Virus record (IMG/VR): IMGVR_UViG_3300020049_007251
Reading direction: 5' to 3' (one strand)
Length of the DNA: 64,000 nt
Source: an uncultured virus (IMG/VR IMGVR_UViG_3300020049_007251)
Taxonomy: Duplodnaviria > Heunggongvirae > Uroviricota > Caudoviricetes
Each line of letters opens with the position of its first letter. Within the stretch, counting starts at the first letter, position 1. A program made the translations under genes and the position numbers. Shown here in pieces: positions 1-10,331 of the stretch. The notes under the pieces were generated by a model. It was not told the DNA's origin. It did no database searches and worked only from the letters and a program-made list of their open reading frames with translations.

Positions 1-1616
1 GTACCATTGTTGGTAATGGTATTATTGGAAATATTTACATTATCCACGTTCCGAAGAATGGTTAAATCTGCGTAGATGCCTTCTAACCCGTTGGCTGAAA
101 TAATATTTCCACTGATGAGGGATCGATTGAACATTGTTCTAACACCGTAGCCTCCGTTATTCCTCACAATGTTATTAGTAAAGATTATTCGAGAATTTGT
201 ATCTGTTGAATACCCACGGAATTCAACACCATTAAGGGTATTATTTAATACTATGTTTCCTGTAACTGTGAAATCATTTACCGTAAGATTAACAAAGGTG
301 CCCGTAGTAACTACTATTCCATCATTACTATTATTAACTGCGGTGTTATTTGCAATAATTACTCCGGAAGTCCCACTAATACGAATGCCATCAAAACAAC
401 CTGAAGTGGTATTATTAGCAATAACAAAATTATAATTCGGAGAAGTAGATCCCGTTTGTTCTTCTAAAAGAATTCCTGCATCGTATAAGACATTTACAGC
501 CTGGTTATTTGTTATAATAACATTTTCATCTATGCCAGTACCGTTCGTTCCAAATCCGATACCATTACTTCCCAGCGGTACACCGTGACCGCCAATCGAT
601 CTAGCAGCACTACCACAACTTTCAACAATATTATTGTCAATAACTGTTCGAGTAGCGTGATCGGTTGCTAAGCACGTAGCTGGAGTATCATATATCCAAG
701 TATGATCAATTTTACTATTGTTTAAATAAATTATACTTATTCCTTTTTGAGATACCCCATACGTAGCATTTCGCATATCGGTTCCTACCATTTTCATATC
801 GCTTATACGGATATTATTTGTTGGAGAACCAGCAGTTCCATCCCAATTTTGAAAGATACCCGTATTATTTAGCGATTGTAGACCAAACAACGTTGTTTGA
901 CCTAACATACCTGAGCCTTGAACCCACACATTAGGTAGTGGTTTTATACTTTGAGAAATATTAAAACTTCCTTCAGTTAAAAATACTTTTCCTCCGTACG
1001 TAAGAGCATTAGCTGCAACTATAGCAGCATTAATCTCTACCTGATCCGCAGTTCCGTCCGCCGTATAATCGCACTTATACGTAGCGGTTTTATTAGAGGC
1101 ACATACCGTATACGTAGCAATAGCTCCGCCGCTACTTGTAGGTGCAGCCCACGTCCCATCCCCCCTCCAGAAAGTTGAAGAACTTGCGGAAGTACCGCTG
1201 TTTAAATTACCCACGGGAAGATTACCAGTAACCGCACCACTTAATGGAATACCTGTTAACCCTGAACCACTACCACTGAACGTGGTGGCTTTTACAGTTC
1301 CAGTAACGTCCAGTTTCTGGGTAGGAGAAGCATTACCAATCCCGATGTTTGTGCCGTCCGTGTAAAGCATGTTACCGGCAGCAAAGATCCCTCCGTTATT
1401 ATACTGAAACTGCCCAGTAGAACCTGCTGGGGTACCACCAAAGGTGGCATCGTTGACAGCCTGAAGAGCCTTTTGAACCGTGTTTGCGTCGACAGGTATG
1501 TTGTCTCCGAAAGTAGACGTATTAACTGTAACGTCCTTGGCCGGGACTTTCGTATCAGCAAAAGCTAAAGACGACGAAAGTAGGATTGCAAGTAAACTTA
1601 AAAACCATTTTTTCAT
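1..1616 (-). CDS. Tail spike/depolymerase-like right-handed beta-helix protein with N-terminal signal peptide (runs off left edge; missing from ORF track)
   Basis: Hand translation from ATG 1616 (RBS AAGGAG at 1623-1628): [23 protein letters not shown]..., GNIGIG-type fibre motif ([16 protein letters not shown]), [31 protein letters not shown] pectate-lyase-like cap, then Asn-ladder repeats (IITNN, VIANN, ISGNII); open to position 1. Confidence 0.8.
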   Translation of the reverse strand, partial: MKKWFLSLLAILLSSSLAFADTKVPAKDVTVNTSTFGDNIPVDANTVQKALQAVNDATFGGTPAGSTGQFQYNNGGIFAAGNMLYTDGTNIGIGNASPTQKLDVTGTVKATTFSGSGSGLTGIPLSGAVTGNLPVGNLNSGTSASSSTFWRGDGTWAAPTSSGGAIATYTVCASNKTATYKCDYTADGTADQVEINAAIVAANALTYGGKVFLTEGSFNISQSIKPLPNVWVQGSGMLGQTTLFGLQSLNNTGIFQNWDGTAGSPTNNIRISDMKMVGTDMRNATYGVSQKGISIIYLNNSKIDHTWIYDTPATCLATDHATRTVIDNNIVESCGSAARSIGGHGVPLGSNGIGFGTNGTGIDENVIITNNQAVNVLYDAGILLEEQTGSTSPNYNFVIANNTTSGCFDGIRISGTSGVIIANNTAVNNSNDGIVVTTGTFVNLTVNDFTVTGNIVLNNTLNGVEFRGYSTDTNSRIIFTNNIVRNNGGYGVRTMFNRSLISGNIISANGLEGIYADLTILRNVDNVNISNNTITNNG

Positions 1617-1626
1617 TTGTTTCTCC

Positions 1627-2142
1627 TTAGCTGTTAATTCCGACTACATATAGTTTATCGTTTATATCTAATCCTACGTTCAAGGTCAATGTGTAACCGT
1701 TTATTGTATAGTCTAAGTTGTCTTGTACGACTCCGTTCACTGCTACATATACAATAGGGTTAGGCTGGAAAGAAAGCGTGAACACGGTCTTGTCAGCTGT
1801 GCCGACCAACTCATAATACGAGGCAAAATTAAGAACATTAGCCCCCACCACCGGAGTCATGACTTGATAAAAACCAGCCACCTTGTCTCCGATGTCTCTT
1901 CCAGGGCTTACAGTCAGGGTACTGTCCAAAATAGTATAATCCCCGTTTAAAGGATCCTGAGCTATCCCATTTATATTCACGGAAATAATCCCCGTCAATA
2001 CCGGGTAGTCGTCAAGTTCAAAATCCGTTTGTCCGTCTGAAGTAGCGACAATCGAGAAGTTTCGATACTGGGGTAAAATAGGGAATTGAGATAGTGCCTC
2101 AATTACTTTCTGCTGTTGTAGTAGCACTATTCCTGGATTCAT
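1627..2142 (-). CDS. Tail-associated adaptor with two tandem beta-rich repeats
   Basis: Repeat unit [17 protein letters not shown] / [17 protein letters not shown]; lies in the fibre region. Confidence 0.6.
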   Translation of the reverse strand: MNPGIVLLQQQKVIEALSQFPILPQYRNFSIVATSDGQTDFELDDYPVLTGIISVNINGIAQDPLNGDYTILDSTLTVSPGRDIGDKVAGFYQVMTPVVGANVLNFASYYELVGTADKTVFTLSFQPNPIVYVAVNGVVQDNLDYTINGYTLTLNVGLDINDKLYVVGINS

Positions 2143-2510
2143 TTAGTAGTCCTTTCAATAACATTAGCCGTCCCAAAGATAATTTGTTCTGTCCACCCAC
2201 TTACGTTTGTTACTAAAACATCATAACTCCAGCTTCCTACTGGAAGAGTAGTGGTTACGCTTTTGGGGATTAGTAATTCTATTTTTCCACTTGGTCCATC
2301 GATTAAAATTGTACCCAGTGCCGTAGAGATATTCACTAGTGGTGTACCCGTAGAACCCACCGTTGGTCTTACCTGCATTTGCACGCTGTACCCAGTAATA
2401 TTAACTGGGTATTTTAGTCCGATCGATTCTACACTTACCATATAAATAATTGGTAAATAAAAATCTGTTCCTCTTACGATATCGATAGCTACTTCACAAT
2501 CATTCTGCAT
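2139..2510 (-). CDS. Tail fibre attachment/BppU-like Ig-fold protein
   Basis: RGTDF..NITGY..MQVR..YDVLV pattern typical of phage adaptor proteins; position. Confidence 0.55.
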   Translation of the reverse strand: MQNDCEVAIDIVRGTDFYLPIIYMVSVESIGLKYPVNITGYSVQMQVRPTVGSTGTPLVNISTALGTILIDGPSGKIELLIPKSVTTTLPVGSWSYDVLVTNVSGWTEQIIFGTANVIERTTK

Positions 2511-2519
2511 ATAAGATCC

Positions 2520-3365
2520 TTAAGTTTTGATGATGTAATTAAGAACCAATGAAGGTTGGATATTATTGTGTGCTCCTCCACCACCTTCGGTTGAAGTAGA
2601 AGCGTCTTGTCTATTGGTATTACTACCACCTGCCGGAGATTCACTACCGCTTCCAGAGTTATGAGCATACCAGGTAGAGTGACTGTGTGCTGGCATTTCT
2701 GCAGTAATCAAAGTATGTGTCTTTGCACCAGGGTTCGCGCCCAACGTACCAAAATCAGAATCAGACGCCTTATACCCTACTGCTACATTCCCTCTCAAGT
2801 CGGGAATATTGAAAGTTGTTGCACCGTCTCCAGCCCCGTAAGTTGTACCACAAATAGCAAACAACGCCGCATACGTAGCTCTACTAACTGCGGCACCGTT
2901 ACATATCAAGTAACCCGTAGGAGCAATTGATCCAGCAAACATTTTAACCACACCAGCGGTTTCAGTATTCTTAGATCCGATTCCAGGTTGCCAACTTGCT
3001 GGAGAAGAAGAAGGAGTATTCCCGGTATTGTTGTCGGCCAAGGATTGATAGATTTGTCCAGCTACCTGCACAAAGCTGTCAATATAATAGGTCGTTGCTG
3101 AATCATACTCAGGGATGCCCATTTGCAAAATGTAAGAAAGCATGTAACCGTACACATAGTCAATGGCGTTCATGTCTTCAAGGAACGGTCGATTTGTTGC
3201 AACAGTTTCAGCCGCCCACCCTCGTGGCCACGCAGTACCTGCTTGGAGGGTAGCAATGTCAGCAGTGTAAATTGGGGCAGCGTAAGAACCAAACTGACCA
3301 ATTTCTGACCCAGCATTTACTGTGCTACCAAATTGTAGTAAGGTTTTCCTGGTTAGTTTTGCCAT
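2520..3365 (-). CDS. Tail fibre with tail-collar domain
   Basis: P-x-GYLICNGAAVSRATYAALFAICGTTYGAGDGATTFNIPDLRG collar motif; HSH and HNNIQPSLVLNYIIK tip. Confidence 0.85.
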   Translation of the reverse strand: MAKLTRKTLLQFGSTVNAGSEIGQFGSYAAPIYTADIATLQAGTAWPRGWAAETVATNRPFLEDMNAIDYVYGYMLSYILQMGIPEYDSATTYYIDSFVQVAGQIYQSLADNNTGNTPSSSPASWQPGIGSKNTETAGVVKMFAGSIAPTGYLICNGAAVSRATYAALFAICGTTYGAGDGATTFNIPDLRGNVAVGYKASDSDFGTLGANPGAKTHTLITAEMPAHSHSTWYAHNSGSGSESPAGGSNTNRQDASTSTEGGGGAHNNIQPSLVLNYIIKT

Positions 3366-3374
3366 TCAAGTCTC

Positions 3375-3977
3375 CTATACATTGATAATATTGATACCTA
3401 CGCCCATCGGTTTCGGTAGTATGTTGTCTAAAAAGTCACAGATAGTTCCCACGTTGTGATACGGATTTTGAAGATTGTAAGTTATGGTATAATCTAAATT
3501 ATCTACCACGTCAATTGCTCCTTCAAAAATTTCGTACAAAGCTTCTTTAATTGTTTTTAAAGAGGTATAATTATTGTTAGCGATAATTTTAATTTTAATT
3601 AAGGCTAGTAACTCAAAATCAGTTGTCGTATAAGAAGCTGTGGTTTGCCATCTTGAAATATAATACGTATCGTTTGGAGTACTGAATCGATTGAATCCAA
3701 AACTAGCAGGAACTCCAGAATACCTGGTAAAGTTGAAAAACTCGTGTGTCAAGTCTAAACCAAAGATTTCTCTAGGGACTCCCACAATTCTTCCAAGAAT
3801 AGTGAGTTGTTCTCCAGAAGCCGTATCTAAGTTAAAAGCGTCCTGGAGAGAAAAAACCAATCCATCGCACACGGCGTTGTTTACCAAGCACTTTATCGTA
3901 TCTTCTGCTTTTGGTAGTTTAGCGTACTGAATTATTAACTGGTTTGCGTAGTAATCTAAAGCTTCACTTAAGGTCAT
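3375..3977 (-). CDS. Baseplate wedge subunit (DUF2612-like)
   Basis: FNLDTASGEQLTILGRIVGV and LPKPMGV motifs; follows baseplate J. Confidence 0.75.
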   Translation of the reverse strand: MTLSEALDYYANQLIIQYAKLPKAEDTIKCLVNNAVCDGLVFSLQDAFNLDTASGEQLTILGRIVGVPREIFGLDLTHEFFNFTRYSGVPASFGFNRFSTPNDTYYISRWQTTASYTTTDFELLALIKIKIIANNNYTSLKTIKEALYEIFEGAIDVVDNLDYTITYNLQNPYHNVGTICDFLDNILPKPMGVGINIINV

Positions 3978-3981
3978 AGAC

Positions 3982-5157
3982 TTAGCTCAAGGTTATTCTA
4001 GCGGTTGATAGAACAAATTTATTCTGTTTGGATGAAGGACTTAAAAGATTTACCCAAGCAATCCCGTCATCGGAAACCCCTAAACCAGAACAAACTACGT
4101 CAGGATTTATAGCACGAATTTGCTGATTCAGAGTTGAAACGTCAGCTGTATCATAGATACCTAAAACATAATTCGTTACTAAAGCCGCTTTGATAGCGGT
4201 ACGATCGATAGCTGAACCTGTCAAAGATACCAAGGTAGCTTCGAGGTATAGGTCTTCATTTACCACGTTGTCGTATTGCATGGTAATTGTAGAACTGTCT
4301 ATCTGAGTCACTACGTAAGTCTCAGCCCCTTTCATCGGGATACCCAAGTTTCGATAAGTATAAATGGTTTCCCCGATTTCAGCGTTTGTTCCCCCGTCCA
4401 TTACCACCCAAATGCCGTGCGCAGGGATCCCGTCAGCGTCAACTGCGTTGGTAGTGTTCTCGTATACGACCGCTTCGGTTACCCCTACCAGAGAATTTAA
4501 TCCTGAGAAAAGAGCCTTCAAAGAACTCTGTGCTGGGAAAGCAGTGGAGGCTTGTCGACGTAATCTGAAATTAGCGTCGGTCTCTTGATTCGTACCCACC
4601 TGCGTAGGAACTGCTGGATTGTTTACACTCACTACCCCTGCTACGATCGTTACCGCAGTTGTTAAGGTATTTGCTAATACCTGGATAAAGCCGATTGCTG
4701 CAGATTGAAAACTGAGGCTAGTGGTTCCAGAAGAAAGAGAAGCTGAGGTAATAAGGTAGAATAAATTACCGTTGGAATCCTGGATAGTAAACGGGGTGGA
4801 AGTATCCAGTCCATTTAGGTTAACGCTTTGGTTGGTTACCACGTCAATGTCTACCTGTGTGTAAGTTCCAGGTTTACGTGTCAACCCCGAAATTTGAGCA
4901 ATGCGGTCTAAGGACACCCCCACAGCTTGATCAGGATCCATGGAATTGTAGATAGCTACGCAGAGATTCAAAATGTCCATTTTTGAAAGAGCGTAAATGT
5001 TGACCGCTTGCCCGTCCGGGGAATTTGAAGCCACATTAATATCGGCTCCGTAAATCTGAATCAAACCAGGGGTATCGGAAGTCCCATTAATGATATTCGA
5101 TACGATTTGTTCGAAAGTTTCGATTTGAATCCCTGCTGCTGTTATCTGATTAGACAT
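3982..5157 (-). CDS. Baseplate J-like protein
   Basis: DPDQAVGVSLD, GTNQETDANFRLRR, VYENTT..D.DGIPAH motifs. Confidence 0.85.
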   Translation of the reverse strand: MSNQITAAGIQIETFEQIVSNIINGTSDTPGLIQIYGADINVASNSPDGQAVNIYALSKMDILNLCVAIYNSMDPDQAVGVSLDRIAQISGLTRKPGTYTQVDIDVVTNQSVNLNGLDTSTPFTIQDSNGNLFYLITSASLSSGTTSLSFQSAAIGFIQVLANTLTTAVTIVAGVVSVNNPAVPTQVGTNQETDANFRLRRQASTAFPAQSSLKALFSGLNSLVGVTEAVVYENTTNAVDADGIPAHGIWVVMDGGTNAEIGETIYTYRNLGIPMKGAETYVVTQIDSSTITMQYDNVVNEDLYLEATLVSLTGSAIDRTAIKAALVTNYVLGIYDTADVSTLNQQIRAINPDVVCSGLGVSDDGIAWVNLLSPSSKQNKFVLSTARITLS

Positions 5158-5515
5158 CTTGTACCACCTGTAAGGTTTGAGTATAATTTTGAGTGTAGAT
5201 TGTGTTTATACTGTAAGTCAAAGTTGCTCTGCGATTTGAATTAACCAAGTTTAAGCTGATGCTATTTACGCTCACAACTCCGTAAGACTGAAGGATTACT
5301 GCTCGCACATTCAGCATGATTTGCTGTTCACTATTCGGTATCCCTAAAAGTGTGAACCAATTAATCCCTGCCGACATGTCGAAAAAACAATTACCGAAAA
5401 AAGACAATATCCGAGTTTGGATATTTTCAGCAATTGCTAACTGCCCTGAGAGGTAATTCTCTTTACCTTTACCAAATGTCCAATCGTGATTTATGTCTAA
5501 GGCTCTAATGATCAT
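5150..5515 (-). CDS. Baseplate wedge/sheath initiator (gp25/W-like)
   Basis: RALDINHDWTFG..FFD.SAGINW motif; ATGA overlap with upstream gene supports start 5515. Confidence 0.7.
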   Translation of the reverse strand: MIIRALDINHDWTFGKGKENYLSGQLAIAENIQTRILSFFGNCFFDMSAGINWFTLLGIPNSEQQIMLNVRAVILQSYGVVSVNSISLNLVNSNRRATLTYSINTIYTQNYTQTLQVVQDV

Positions 5516-6540
5516 ATTTTTATAATCCAATTAACCATCTTTGTAGGTTGAACGTTCTGGTGAGGTGTGTCACTACCCTGAGGAGCTACGGTAACATTTA
5601 TAAGACTATTAATTAATTGAGCTTGAACCGCCGCATCAGCAGCACCAGCAGCTGAACTATCATTCCGAGTATTAGCAGTACTGCCCGGATGGTCATGTTC
5701 TGGCATTTCTGGAATAGAAAGCTGATGAGCTTCTTCTCCAGTATTTCCTCCCAGAGTGTTACGGTTCGGGTTGTAAGTATTGGTCAAAACATTTGCGTTC
5801 GAACCGCCCATGTTATCCAACCCTGCAACAGTTCTACCACGTAAATCGGGTACATTAAAGGTTGTGGAACCGTCCCCTGAACCGTACGTAGTCCCGATCA
5901 CAGCAAACAGAGTAGCGTAAGTGGTACGGCTGATGGCTTGACCGTAGCATAATAACCAACCCGAAGGTGCACTGGAACCAGCGTACGGTTGGAGGAATCC
6001 CGCCTGATTTAGTCTTTCTCCAGTTAGGTCGGTTACCGTTACCAACCCCGTAGGAAAGTTCAATTGAACTTTCGTAGTAGAATATCCACTTAGAGATTGC
6101 TGTAAATTACGGATTCCAATTAAAGCAACAGCGTCATTAATGTCATGCAATCTTTCAGAATTCGGAGGGGTTACTTGCCCCGTTGCAAACCAAATGTCCA
6201 TGTCTCGGTCACAGAAAAGAAGAATACATGAGTCACCTGGAATAATCGGGAAAGTTAAATAACCTCCTCCACCGTTCATAAATGCTACGGGTACATTCAC
6301 CAGTGTGGGATAATTCACAACCATGTCCGAAACTTCACCAATATTGTCAGTAGGATTAACGCCTTTAATCACTTTTTGAAAATTGACAGATACGACCGCA
6401 GTTTGGTTTGTGGCATTAAAAGAAATGATTGTACCCATAGTTAAGCAATTGATCCTAGCTGAAATATCGTCCATTCTTCTGGAAAGAAACTCAGCTAGGT
6501 CGGGAACTATGTACCTATTGTTTGAAGTATTTTCTGTCAT
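5512..6540 (-). CDS. Gp138-like baseplate central spike fused to a tail-collar/fibre-tip domain
   Basis: N-half VPV.F..GGG.LTFPI.PGD.C.LLF.DRD.D.W..R.HD.ND spike OB-fold; C-half APSGWLLCYGQAISRTTYATLFAVIGTTYG..FNVPDLRG collar. Confidence 0.8.
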   Translation of the reverse strand: MTENTSNNRYIVPDLAEFLSRRMDDISARINCLTMGTIISFNATNQTAVVSVNFQKVIKGVNPTDNIGEVSDMVVNYPTLVNVPVAFMNGGGGYLTFPIIPGDSCILLFCDRDMDIWFATGQVTPPNSERLHDINDAVALIGIRNLQQSLSGYSTTKVQLNFPTGLVTVTDLTGERLNQAGFLQPYAGSSAPSGWLLCYGQAISRTTYATLFAVIGTTYGSGDGSTTFNVPDLRGRTVAGLDNMGGSNANVLTNTYNPNRNTLGGNTGEEAHQLSIPEMPEHDHPGSTANTRNDSSAAGAADAAVQAQLINSLINVTVAPQGSDTPHQNVQPTKMVNWIIKI

Positions 6541-7478
6541 AAACCAAAACTCGCTACAAACGGAGTCCCTATAATTTGCATGGTTATTAAGGTTTTACAT
6601 TTACCGCTCACAGCTGAAGAGATAACTCCCGCATGCTGCACGCCCGTAACTTTATAGGTTCCGTTCTTAGAACTATTAAACGATTTGTCAAGATTGGTGT
6701 CTAAGTAAATTTGTTGTCCAGGAATAATTGACGGTTCAAAGATCATTTCTGCAATCAAATTGCTCTGGTATCTACGAGGACTTCCCAACAAACCCGTCTC
6801 GGAAGAAACTAAGTTAACGTCGCCTTCAAAAACATAGTTGTTTGGGAGGCAATAAATTTTACCATTGTCAATGTATGAAAGGCGATTGGTCTCAACTTGC
6901 AACAAATTCCAGGTGTAATCGTTAGCCGTATACGTGTAACGGTTTGCAAGAAAACCCCCCACTATTCCCGTAGCGAGAGTCTTACCGTACTTCTGGGCAG
7001 TAAGTTTGAGATCTCCAATCAAACGATTAATCACGTCTTCCTGATTTACAGGGTTGTTGTTGTCCCCAATTGTCCAGTTCGAAAAGCTATTGGACATTAC
7101 CAAAGAGTAATCTTGCCCTTCGATTTCGGTAATAAAGTCCGTTCCACCTTCTTCACGATACGAGGTTATCGACAAAGCAATCCCGTTGAAAATAGTGGAC
7201 AAAGGCGTCCCGAGGTATCCAGCTTTAACGATCACCGTTGGTAACCTTCCGGTGTCAAACCAGTCTTTATAGATCTGGGATCGAACACTGGGGTTAAGAT
7301 TTCGAATGCGGAAAGTTCCCGATTGAGCCGAAGCTAACACGTCACGTTTAACGGAAAACTCTAAGGTCAAAAGAGAACCACCATTTTCCGAACCCACATT
7401 ATAAATAGTACCATCAATGCCTTGGATTTGCATTGTGTAAGTTCTTTGGAATTTATTGGTACTAGTTATAAGTGTCAT
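6537..7478 (-). CDS. Baseplate hub protein
   Basis: IRNLNP..V.AGY..IF.G, SETGLLGSP, GTYKV..V.H.G pattern; position before spike. Confidence 0.7.
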   Translation of the reverse strand: MTLITSTNKFQRTYTMQIQGIDGTIYNVGSENGGSLLTLEFSVKRDVLASAQSGTFRIRNLNPSVRSQIYKDWFDTGRLPTVIVKAGYLGTPLSTIFNGIALSITSYREEGGTDFITEIEGQDYSLVMSNSFSNWTIGDNNNPVNQEDVINRLIGDLKLTAQKYGKTLATGIVGGFLANRYTYTANDYTWNLLQVETNRLSYIDNGKIYCLPNNYVFEGDVNLVSSETGLLGSPRRYQSNLIAEMIFEPSIIPGQQIYLDTNLDKSFNSSKNGTYKVTGVQHAGVISSAVSGKCKTLITMQIIGTPFVASFGL

Positions 7479-7849
7479 TAGTTTAAAGGATACCCGACAA
7501 AGTTCGGTAACGTTACGGTAATCAGAGTTTCAGTTTCTACTAAATCCTCAGCATTCAGAATATACAACGAAGCCCTTCCGTCCACAAAGTCACTTTGGTA
7601 AATCGGCTCATACCCATCAACGACTAAACAAGCTAAACCGAAAGGAATAAAGGTTCTGAATTGTCTTAACATATTTGGGGAATTAACCACTCTCCGATTG
7701 TTCACCGAAAACTCCCCGTAAGTTAAAGAATAAAACCACCCCAATTGATTCGGACAATAGGTTAAATTAATACTAACCTTTGTTCCATCGTCCAGGATGA
7801 CAGCTAAAATCTGATTTGCATCATTCGTTAAAGAGGTTATCTGTTTCAT
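7478..7849 (-). CDS. Baseplate/tail component
   Basis: Conserved position between tube initiator and hub; 123 aa. Confidence 0.55.
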   Translation of the reverse strand: MKQITSLTNDANQILAVILDDGTKVSINLTYCPNQLGWFYSLTYGEFSVNNRRVVNSPNMLRQFRTFIPFGLACLVVDGYEPIYQSDFVDGRASLYILNAEDLVETETLITVTLPNFVGYPLN

Positions 7850-7852
7850 AGA

Positions 7853-8743
7853 TTAATACTCATTCGGTGCACCAGCTTGTTGAACATATAGGTTTTGAGA
7901 AGTATTTGCTACGGAAATCAAGTTACCGTTTACGTCATTAGCTTTACCCGGATCGGTTCCCAAGCTTACTGGAGAAGAAACCATCTGCTCAAAACGTCCT
8001 CCGGGTTCACGGGGTAGGTTAGAAATTGATCCGAGGTTTTGTGAAACCATCGATCCCACGTTACCCGAAAAAACTACGGTTGAAACGGTTTGAATCTGTT
8101 TAAAAGTAACCACGAATTCACTAATCATGTCCGTGTCACCAGATTGGAATGCCCGGACGGACTCAATAGCCATGTTTTCAAATACCGCAAAAGGAGTTTC
8201 TACCGAACAAAGTTGTCGAGTCTTCCACATGTTGTAGAAGAATTGGTACACCGTTTGTTGTTTGTTGGTGGTTGTGGAAGACTGATTGAAAAGTTGAAAG
8301 ACATTCTTAACCTGTTTCAAAACGTTAGTTCCAAGCTGAACTACGTCATTCACCTTTGCGTAGAATTGAGCATCCTGAACGTTAAACTGCGGAGTCAGTC
8401 CCCCTAACGTAGACAGCCCTGTTACCTGGGTAAAGATAGTAGCGAGCGAATTGGGTAAAGAGTCTACCTGTTCTCCCACTAATCCTTTGAGGGAAAACCG
8501 CACGGGTTTCAAAGCTATGTGATCTTGAATAGCGTAGTTCTGTTCAACGTAATGATCAGTAATGTCCGAATCTAAACTTATTTCTTCATCCTCCAGAATG
8601 TCCATTACGAATCCAGAAACACCAATGACGTTCGGCATTCCAAGAGGTCTAACGATAGCCTGGTTAACAACTGAAGAAAGGAGATTGGCTGCATTCTGAA
8701 CTAAGTTAGGTTTCTTTGAAGCAAAGTTTAAATTTAGGCTCAT
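7853..8743 (-). CDS. Tail tube initiator/Dit-like baseplate protein
   Basis: ITDHYVE...I.DH...P and F.NM.IES motifs; follows tape measure. Confidence 0.7.
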   Translation of the reverse strand: MSLNLNFASKKPNLVQNAANLLSSVVNQAIVRPLGMPNVIGVSGFVMDILEDEEISLDSDITDHYVEQNYAIQDHIALKPVRFSLKGLVGEQVDSLPNSLATIFTQVTGLSTLGGLTPQFNVQDAQFYAKVNDVVQLGTNVLKQVKNVFQLFNQSSTTTNKQQTVYQFFYNMWKTRQLCSVETPFAVFENMAIESVRAFQSGDTDMISEFVVTFKQIQTVSTVVFSGNVGSMVSQNLGSISNLPREPGGRFEQMVSSPVSLGTDPGKANDVNGNLISVANTSQNLYVQQAGAPNEY

Positions 8744-9777
8744 CGTTGTTGTCCGAATTGAATGTCAGCGTTAGAAAGATATTTTTTAAATACTGAATCA
8801 AATTTAGTTACAAACTCTTCGGGATTGTTAGCATTGACGTGCACCGTAACATTGTTTGTTTGTTTCATTTGACGATCTACGCTTGGTAACAGCATCCCTC
8901 TGAGGTTAGGGATTATATCTTTTATAAACTGACTCCCTTTGTTCCCAACCTCGTGCGCCATGTACCCGTAAGCTTTAACGTTGGTAACTCCTCGTTTCAA
9001 CAAGTTCTCTAAAATTTTTGTATTGTCTACCCAACGTGTGGTAGCTTCTACAATTTTTAAAACCTCAATAGCAATCGGAGTTAAGTTGGTAACTAATTTC
9101 TGTGTCTCAAGATTGAGGTCATTCATGGCACCAACCCATTTTTCATGCACCTCAGCGTTTGCTTTTACTTCTTCCAGATTCAAACCCAATATCTTTAATT
9201 GATCTTTCCATTTTTCATTAGATTGATCTAAACCCCGTAACATACTTGAAGTAAAACCGAACTGACTTGCAATCATGTCTTTCCAGGCAGCACGCATTTC
9301 TTGAAGAGACTGAGCACCCTGAGCAAAAGATCCTGCCCAGTTTTTCAAGAAGGACGTATCACTAAACTTTTCATGAATTTGATCCAGTAGCTTAAGGGTG
9401 TCGGTTGTAGGAGACAACCCTGTCATAATGAACGGTTGAGCGTCACCTCTACCCTGTAGAACTTCGAGACGTAACTTGTTTAAATTGTAAATTGCTTGTT
9501 GGGCTTCTCCCGCACTGGCTCCAAACTTCTGGAAGTAAACATCCAGTTGGTGGAGTCTAAGGGGATCTAAACCCGTGGCTTCTCTTAGATTGAGTAACGC
9601 TACGGAAGCCTTACTTGCTTGATCCATAATAGAAGCAATCCCCTTTCCTAGGGTAGCTAGTGAAGTCGCTCCCACCACGGAAGAAAGATTAAGATTACCT
9701 AGCAACTTAGTAACCTCTCTCAACTTAATGGAGTCAAACTTAAAACCAACTTCTGCAAACAATTCAGCTATTTTCAT
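8740..9777 (-). CDS. Tape measure protein (short, 345 aa)
   Basis: IAELFAEVGF start, helical composition, follows chaperone pair. Confidence 0.7.
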   Translation of the reverse strand: MKIAELFAEVGFKFDSIKLREVTKLLGNLNLSSVVGATSLATLGKGIASIMDQASKASVALLNLREATGLDPLRLHQLDVYFQKFGASAGEAQQAIYNLNKLRLEVLQGRGDAQPFIMTGLSPTTDTLKLLDQIHEKFSDTSFLKNWAGSFAQGAQSLQEMRAAWKDMIASQFGFTSSMLRGLDQSNEKWKDQLKILGLNLEEVKANAEVHEKWVGAMNDLNLETQKLVTNLTPIAIEVLKIVEATTRWVDNTKILENLLKRGVTNVKAYGYMAHEVGNKGSQFIKDIIPNLRGMLLPSVDRQMKQTNNVTVHVNANNPEEFVTKFDSVFKKYLSNADIQFGQQR

Positions 9778-10010
9778 CGAGCGTCCTTATTCAGTTCTAC
9801 AAAAGCACTTTCTAACTCGTTAACAAAGTTGTCATACTCCAGTGCTGCTAAAATCCACTCCGAAGACATTTCCATTAATTCTTTAATACTACCATATCCG
9901 TGTTTACTTAACCTAAGAACAATAATTACTGAATCGTCAACGTTTATACTTACGTTAGGATATCTGTATCTTTTCGGAATATGGCCGTTGACAATGAACC
10001 TAGGTTTTTT
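9774..10010 (-). CDS. -1 frame extension of the tail assembly chaperone (gpGT-like)
   Basis: Slippery A AAA AAC at 10004-10010; -1 frame open for 78 codons to TGA overlapping the tape measure ATG. Confidence 0.75.
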   Translation of the reverse strand, partial: KKPRFIVNGHIPKRYRYPNVSINVDDSVIIVLRLSKHGYGSIKELMEMSSEWILAALEYDNFVNELESAFVELNKDAR

Positions 10011-10327
10011 GAGAAAGGGACGAGGTTATAAGCCAGCACCTCCTTCATGACTTCCAGAAAGTCACATCTAGCTTCTGCATTTTCAAATAATTCTTGGTTA
10101 ACTTTTAAACCGTTATACGTCGCCCGTGCCATGCAAGGCCACAAAGCTTGTTCGATTGCGTCACTGGAAACTAACTGCATGGACAGTTTTTGAACGGTGT
10201 CCTCAGCCAAGTCGACACTTTGTAATTCTTTTGTTACCGCTTTAAACAAGCGGTGTCCTTCTGGAAAAGAAGCCAAACTGACTGTCAGTTCCACTCCGGA
10301 CTCGAGTGTCTTTTTAAGTGGTTCCAT
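9950..10327 (-). CDS. Tail assembly chaperone (gpG-like)
   Basis: Between tube and tape measure; contains slippery site. Confidence 0.75.
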   Translation of the reverse strand: MEPLKKTLESGVELTVSLASFPEGHRLFKAVTKELQSVDLAEDTVQKLSMQLVSSDAIEQALWPCMARATYNGLKVNQELFENAEARCDFLEVMKEVLAYNLVPFSKNLGSLSTAIFRKDTDILT

Positions 10328-10331
10328 GGGC

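Noticed and set aside
169..1561. Track ORFs 169-435 (+) and 1292-1561 (-)
   Set aside because: Antisense or off-frame to the long spike ORF starting at 1616.
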